A stretch of DNA of 32,000 nucleotides, from contig JAQTMK010000001.1 in the NCBI GenBank assembly GCA_028714375.1, positions 316,835 to 348,834 on the forward strand, in the 5' to 3' direction. The position numbers and the translations under genes are program-made. The stretch comes from Candidatus Nanoarchaeia archaeon. GTDB taxonomy: Archaea > Nanobdellota > Nanobdellia > SCGC-AAA011-G17 > JACPNG01. Position 1 is the first letter of the stretch. Each line of letters starts with the position of its first letter. Below the pieces are notes generated by a model. It was not told the origin of the DNA. It did not search any database and worked only from the letters and a program-made list of their open reading frames with translations. Below, in pieces: positions 23,671-32,000 of this stretch.

Positions 23671-24018
23671 ATGAAAGAAGACACCAAAATTTATTCTTTA
23701 TTTAACAACAAAATTCTAAGGTTTGATGCATCTACTGATAACAAATCTGTATCATTTCAGATAGGAAATCTTAATGGGCAACATTATATTCTTGTTAAAT
23801 ACCTCAAAAATGGAAAAGATACAATTGAGAAAATATTTTTTGATGAAAATCTTAAAAGAAAATCTTCTAAAAGTTTAGTTGATATTCTTAAAGATAATTT
23901 TGATGGGAGTTCTGGAGAAATTTTAAACAGAGATTTTTATCAGGCATTATGTATCCACTATCCATTAAACGACAAACCAGAAGAAAGAGACAAATATTTT
24001 AATATAATCAAAAACTAA
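23671..24018 (+). CDS. Hypothetical protein (orphan)
   Basis: 115-aa ORF with its own TATA box and no recognised motif. Confidence 0.5.
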   Translation: MKEDTKIYSLFNNKILRFDASTDNKSVSFQIGNLNGQHYILVKYLKNGKDTIEKIFFDENLKRKSSKSLVDILKDNFDGSSGEILNRDFYQALCIHYPLNDKPEERDKYFNIIKN

Positions 24019-24908
24019 TTTCTTAAATAATTAAAAACCGAATTAGCAGCAATCGCACCTTGTGCAGCAGCAGTGATAATTTGTTTTAATTTACCATTTG
24101 TGATATCTCCTGCAGCAAAAACACCGTCGATATTGGTTTTCATCTGGTCATCAACAATAACATATTCTTTTTCATCAAGTTTAACCTTTAATTCTTTAGC
24201 CAGTGCAGTAGAAGGAACAGATCCAATCTCAACAAACAATCCCTGAATTTTTAGTTTTCTGCCATCACTTAAAATAATTTCTTCAACAGAATTTTTACCG
24301 TTAATCTCATCAATAAGTTTATCCTCAATGATTTCAATTTTTTTATTTTTCCTAACCAATCCAATATTATGATTATCCCCTCTTAATTTACTCCTAGGAA
24401 TCATGTAAACTTTAGGGCAATATTTGGTTAATAATAAAGCAGCAATGCATGCAGAATTTCCACCGCCAATAACTGCTACAGTTTTGTCTTTATACATAGG
24501 AGCATCGCAGGTATAACAGTAAGAAATTCCTTTTCTGAAAAACTTATCTTCGTTTTTTATTCCAGACTTTCTTTTTTGTGTTCCAGAGGCTAAAATAATA
24601 GATCTACCGTGTATATTTTTATTTTTAGAAGTTAATACAGTAAATTCTTTTTTATCTTTTTTAATATCAACAACGTTTTGTTCTAAAATTTCAACATTGA
24701 AATTCTTGACATGTTCCTCGAAGTTTTGCATAAGTTCCATACCGCTTATGCTTTTGATTCCAGGCCAGTTTTCAACTTTATGAGAATTTACAATTGCACC
24801 GCCAAGACTTTCAGAAATTAAAATAACATTTAATTTATATCTTGCAGCGTATATTGCAGCAGTCATTCCTGCCGGTCCACCACCAACAATAATTAAATCA
24901 TACATCAA
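24015..24908 (-). CDS. trxB: Thioredoxin-disulfide reductase
   Basis: FAD site IIVGGGPAGMTAA, redox CxxC (CYTCD), NAD(P)H site VIGGGNSA, and C-terminal FAAGD. Confidence 0.92.
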   Translation of the reverse strand: MMYDLIIVGGGPAGMTAAIYAARYKLNVILISESLGGAIVNSHKVENWPGIKSISGMELMQNFEEHVKNFNVEILEQNVVDIKKDKKEFTVLTSKNKNIHGRSIILASGTQKRKSGIKNEDKFFRKGISYCYTCDAPMYKDKTVAVIGGGNSACIAALLLTKYCPKVYMIPRSKLRGDNHNIGLVRKNKKIEIIEDKLIDEINGKNSVEEIILSDGRKLKIQGLFVEIGSVPSTALAKELKVKLDEKEYVIVDDQMKTNIDGVFAAGDITNGKLKQIITAAAQGAIAANSVFNYLRN

Positions 24909-25011
24909 ATTATTAGGGAGTTCACAGATTAATAAATTTATTCTTTGATTGATTAAACAATAAAATTTTTATTTTTATAATCTAAACCAATCCTCTAAAA
25001 CCACCAAAACA

Positions 25012-25019
25012 TTTATAAA
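25012..25019 (+). promoter_or_regulatory. TATA box for the rRNA operon
   Basis: AAAACA-TTTATAAA lies about 250 nt upstream of 16S, with the same flank as the EF-2 box. Further AT-rich TATA-like strings at 24965-24980 could be additional promoters. Confidence 0.5.
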
Positions 25020-25184
25020 GGGGGAATTTCTAACTTCTCTTCTATGAAAAAAGATAGCAGTGCATTGTCTTTTTGATTAACTTTTCTATCTTTAATTTCA
25101 TATTTAGTTTTTAAAGTTAACATGTTTCCTGACGGAGATATGTAAGAGTTAATGATTGCTTGATTGAACAATGAAGCATGATGT

Positions 25185-25214
25185 ATGAAGCGGAGGTAAA
25201 TGTTGTAGATAAAC
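25185..25214 (+). other. 5' strand of the 16S processing stem (contains BHB motif)
   Basis: ATGAAGCGG pairs with CCGCTTCAT (26765-26773). AGGT pairs with ACCT (26758-26761). TGTTGTAG... pairs with ...CTACAACA. The 3-nt bulges are AAA (25198-25200) and AGA (26762-26764). Confidence 0.65.
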
Positions 25215-25267
25215 CTAAAAATTCCTATAAATATTTACTATTAGAACTAATAGTTGCGACCAATTTA

Positions 25268-26736
<1,469 letters not shown>

Positions 26737-26744
26737 ATTTTTTT

Positions 26745-26773
26745 GTTTACTACAACAACCTAGACCGCTTCAT
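26745..26773 (+). other. 3' strand of the 16S processing stem
   Basis: Complement of 25185-25214, as described for that feature. Confidence 0.65.
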
Positions 26774-26782
26774 ATAAGTAAA

Positions 26783-26884
26783 GGGCTCGTAGCTCAGTTG
26801 GCTTAGAGCGCCGCCCTTGCAAAGGACTTTATTCTCTGTCCTCGAGTTAGGCGGAGGCCCCGGGTTCGAGTCCCGGCGAGTCCA
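26783..26884 (+). tRNA. tRNA-Ala (anticodon UGC) with a 27-nt intron, in the 16S-23S spacer
   Basis: Acceptor GGGCTCG/CGAGTCC with the G3:U70 Ala identity pair. Anticodon stem CCGCC/GGCGG. The loop CTTGCA|A is interrupted after position 37. T arm CCGGG-TTCGAGT-CCCGG. The mature length is 75 nt, with no CCA. Confidence 0.9.
26822..26848 (+). other. tRNA-Ala intron (canonical 37/38 position, strict BHB)
   Basis: Intron sequence AAGGACTTTATTCTCTGTCCTCGAGTT. It forms the 4-bp helix CTTG/CGAG, flanked by 3-nt bulges CAA and TTA, with an inner hairpin AGGAC/GTCCT. Confidence 0.85.
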
Positions 26885-26947
26885 GAATATTTAATGAGGT
26901 TCATAGATACCAATCGTGGACTGACGATATTAATATTTTTTAATATC

Positions 26948-26984
26948 ACGCATAGGAATCACATCATAGGAATCAATGTGTAAT
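26948..26984 (+). other. 5' strand of the 23S processing stem, with a 14-nt tandem duplication
   Basis: ACGCA..GGAATCACATCA pairs with TGATGTGATTCCTGCGT (29883-29899). CATAGGAATCACAT / CATAGGAATCAATG (26951-26978) is a tandem repeat. Confidence 0.55.
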
Positions 26985-29870
<2,886 letters not shown>

Positions 29871-29899
29871 ATTACTATTGATTGATGTGATTCCTGCGT
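29871..29899 (+). other. 3' strand of the 23S processing stem
   Basis: Complement of 26948-26984. It is followed by TTTTT at 29901-29905. Confidence 0.55.
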
Positions 29900-29927
29900 A
29901 TTTTTATTCTAATAATTCTTAGAAAGA

Positions 29928-29935
29928 TATATATA
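29928..29935 (+). promoter_or_regulatory. TATA-like box for the gene at 29959 (leaderless spacing)
   Basis: TAGAAAGA-TATATATA ends 23 nt before the ATG at 29959. Confidence 0.45.
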
Positions 29936-29958
29936 TGTAATTTGTATAGTGTTTAGAA

Positions 29959-30652
29959 ATGAACTATTCCACAAATAAAACATTAGATGAAATTAAATAT
30001 AGATTAAAAAGAGTTAGAGATCATTTCCCTTTTCAGATTGGTATAAAACCTGAAGATAGAGAGTACACTTGTGTACAAAAAAATTTATTTCTTTACAGAA
30101 GTTTAGAAGGATTAAAAAAGAAAGACCCAAATATAAAAGAAGTTACATTAATGGGTACAGATAAATTTAATTTTAGGGAATTTTATGAAAATAATTCTAA
30201 ATTAAGAGAGTTATTAAAAAAGTAAATATGAACAAAAATTTATTAATAAATTAAACCCCGAAGACGAAGGTCATTTATTTGTAAAAGTTAAACTTAAAAG
30301 GGTTACAGATCCCATCTATCTGGATGCAACATGGGATCAATCACTTAAAGATTTTCTTCCTGTTCCAGGATTTAAAAAAGGAGAGAATAAATATGAAAAA
30401 ACTCTCCATGGAAAACCAAAAGGGCCAGCTAAGAAGCAATATGGAACAGATCTTGTAATTCCAGGAATAAAAGAGGAAGATATGTATGAAATGAGTCTTG
30501 AAGATGTTATAAATGAAATAAAAAGTCCATTATCAGATGACCCAGGTGAAATAGAACATATCAATCAAACTTACAGAAGGGTTAATGCATTACTAAAAAG
30601 AGCAAGAACCACTAGACTAAAAAATAAACATTATCACACCAAGAAAGACTAA
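29959..30652 (+). pseudogene. Transglutaminase-like (Cys-His-Asp) protein gene split by a +1 frameshift at an A6 run
   Basis: The 0-frame ORF 29959-30225 (88 aa) carries a candidate Cys motif, YTCVQKNLFLYRSLEGL. The +1 frame is open only from 30218 to the TAA at 30650-30652, has no start codon before 30482, and carries EGHLFVKV...DPIYLDATWD (His/Asp-like). The two frames overlap only at AAAAAA (30216-30221). The family call is tentative. Confidence 0.45.
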
Positions 30653-30694
30653 TGATACCCAAAACCTTATTAATTTAATCCATTCTAGATTTAC

Positions 30695-31060
30695 ATGTTT
30701 CCAGAATCATCTCAATCAAAAACTGAAATTAAATTTATGAAAGTTTTAAAATCAGTTGGATTAACACCAAAAGTACAGCACAGATTTGAAGCTATGACTT
30801 TGGATTTTGCATTTCCAGAGGAAAAACTGGCAGTGGAAATCGACGGTCCGACGCACGAAACTTCCTACCAAAGATATATTGACAGAAGAAGAGATTTAGT
30901 TCTGTTAAACAGGGGTTGGCGTGTTATAAGATATAATTCAGAACAGATTCATTCTAATCCAGAAAAATACGCATTGGAAATAAAACAGGAACTGGAAAAA
31001 ATAAGAAAAGATCAGCACTATGATAAAAAACCATACTCAAGACCAGCATTTTTTGACTGA
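30695..31060 (+). CDS. DUF559 / Vsr-like PD-(D/E)xK endonuclease-domain protein
   Basis: LDFAFPEEKLAVEIDGPTHE...RRRDLVLLNRGWRVIRY is the typical DUF559 core. Confidence 0.8.
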   Translation: MFPESSQSKTEIKFMKVLKSVGLTPKVQHRFEAMTLDFAFPEEKLAVEIDGPTHETSYQRYIDRRRDLVLLNRGWRVIRYNSEQIHSNPEKYALEIKQELEKIRKDQHYDKKPYSRPAFFD

Positions 31061-31766
31061 TAAAAAAATATTAAAGGAAATAATTAAAGTATCAGCACTA
31101 AAAAAATCAGATTTAGTTTTGGAAATCGGTCCTGGAAGAGGAATCCTGACAAGAGAATTGGCAAAGAAAGCAAAAGTAACTGCAGTAGAGATTGATGAAA
31201 AACTAAAACCCTATCTGGAAGACATTCCAGCAGAAATAATTTATGATAATGCTTTGATCAAAATTGATAAAGTTAAATTTAATAAAATTGTTTCAAATAT
31301 TCCTTATTCAATCTCCGAGCCTCTGATAAAAAAATTAACAAAAATAGATTTTAATTTAGCGGTTTTACTGACAGGAAAAAAATTCTATGAAGCCCTGACA
31401 GACGAAGATTCTAAATTATATTATCTGAACAAAATTTTCTTTGACACTAAAAAGATAATGGATGTTCCAAAAGAATCTTTTGAACCAGTTCCAAGGGTAA
31501 ATTCCACTTTGATATTGATTAAAAAAAGAAAATCAAGACTGTTAAATAAAGACAAAATAATTAAGGAATTGATTTTACAGGATGATAAAAAACTGAAAAA
31601 TGCATTGATAAACTCATTCATAAGAGTATATGATTTGACAAAGTTTGAAGCAAAACAAAAAACCTATTCATTAAGAATACCAATTATGCTGTTTGAAAAA
31701 AATACCGATAATCTTTCAAATGAAGAATTTAAAAAAATAATAAAAGAAATAGAAAAACTTACTTGA
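31020..31766 (+). CDS. rsmA: 16S rRNA (adenine1518/1519-N6)-dimethyltransferase KsgA/Dim1
   Basis: QHFLTDKKIL, SAM motif LEIGPGRGILT, VEIDEKL, and SNIPYSISEPL. The 5' end overlaps the DUF559 gene by 41 nt. Confidence 0.9.
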   Translation: MIKNHTQDQHFLTDKKILKEIIKVSALKKSDLVLEIGPGRGILTRELAKKAKVTAVEIDEKLKPYLEDIPAEIIYDNALIKIDKVKFNKIVSNIPYSISEPLIKKLTKIDFNLAVLLTGKKFYEALTDEDSKLYYLNKIFFDTKKIMDVPKESFEPVPRVNSTLILIKKRKSRLLNKDKIIKELILQDDKKLKNALINSFIRVYDLTKFEAKQKTYSLRIPIMLFEKNTDNLSNEEFKKIIKEIEKLT

Positions 31767-32000
31767 TTTTTACAATATCCATATCTTCTACTTCAAATAA
31801 ATTACTCTCTATACTTAATTCCTTGGTGTATTTTTTGTATGTGTAGATAACATCCAAATTTATTTTTTCAGGTTTGTTTCCTTTTTCCCAATAAGTTCCA
31901 GTGCCTGTATTTAGAACCTTTAATTCCAAACCAGTGTTTTCAAGAACTTCAACAGGAACTAACTTCAGTACAAGATTAAATCTTTTTCCATCATCAGTTT
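31759..32000 (-). CDS. Hypothetical protein, C-terminal fragment (5' end beyond window)
   Basis: The minus-strand frame is open from the window edge to TAA at 31761-31759. It reads ...DDGKRFNLVLKLVPVEVLENTGLELKVLNTGTGTYWEKGNKPEKINLDVIYTYKKYTKELSIESNLFEVEDMDIVKIK. It is absent from the ORF track because there is no start in the window. It overlaps the ksgA 3' end by 8 nt. Confidence 0.4.
   Translation of the reverse strand, partial: TDDGKRFNLVLKLVPVEVLENTGLELKVLNTGTGTYWEKGNKPEKINLDVIYTYKKYTKELSIESNLFEVEDMDIVKIK

Noticed and set aside
25140-25195. C/D-box sRNA-like strings (ATGATGT, CTGA) in the 16S leader and the 16S-23S spacer.
   Set aside because: The boxes are imperfect and not in the C-D'-C'-D order or spacing, and there is no terminal stem.
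29871-29958. 5S rRNA or a further tRNA downstream of 23S.
   Set aside because: The ~90-nt region is AT-rich promoter-like sequence with no GC-rich foldable segment, so 5S must be elsewhere.
30216-30254. Classical -1 frameshift on the A AAA AAG heptamer.
   Set aside because: The -1 frame (GTA AAT ATG AAC ... TAA at 30252) closes after 10 codons. Only the +1 frame continues into the long downstream ORF, so -1 slippage cannot join the two halves.
30337-30564. 75-aa minus-strand ORF between the rRNA operon and the DUF559 gene.
   Set aside because: The plus strand here carries a longer open frame (30218-30652) with a His/Asp motif, so the minus ORF is its shadow.

Overview
This is an AT-rich archaeal chromosomal segment. 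It is probably from a small-genome DPANN-type archaeon, inferred from a divergent archaeal 16S/23S, a BHB-type tRNA intron, an aEF-2/aEF-1alpha/uS10 cluster and TTTATAAA-box promoters. This lineage call is an inference, not a database hit.

Order of content:
- A membrane-protein processing pair (presenilin-like protease, signal peptidase I) plus a small zinc-ribbon ORF.
- Two orphan cassettes that precede EF-2 and EF-1alpha, then uS10 and an AbrB/RelE toxin-antitoxin pair.
- A tRNA-rich block: tRNA-Ser(GGA), histidine phosphatase, HAD hydrolase, GNAT, tRNA-Ser(CGA), then tRNA-Gly(CCC), NUDIX and a dPGM-like phosphatase on the other strand.
- A translationally coupled operon: membrane protein, diphthine synthase, minimal HAD phosphatase, P-loop kinase, Zn-ribbon-DUF167.
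- ThrRS, a 621-aa surface protein, and a methyltransferase/MBL hydrolase pair.
- An HTH-Cys regulator with iscS-iscU, a tandem Lrp/AsnC regulator, and trxB.
- A 16S-tRNA-Ala(intron)-23S operon without 5S.
- A frameshifted transglutaminase-like gene, a DUF559 nuclease and ksgA.

No CRISPR array, transposase, integrase or recognisable defence system was seen.

Items most worth a second look:
1. Similarly bounded, compositionally atypical orphan cassettes directly upstream of both elongation-factor genes, sharing a 30-nt promoter-linked element.
2. A G-to-A change in the otherwise invariant sarcin-ricin loop tetraloop of 23S.
3. A transglutaminase-like gene split exactly at an A6 run (A AAA AAG).
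4. A split PNKP-like phosphatase/kinase pair coupled to dph5 and a Zn-ribbon-DUF167 fusion.
5. An HTH regulator with a C-terminal Cys/His cluster and a palindromic operator in front of iscSU.
6. An intron-containing spacer tRNA-Ala, and a 16S processing stem, both with strict BHB motifs.
7. mRNAs that directly abut or overlap tRNA genes.

All family assignments are motif-level calls made by eye; no searches were run.
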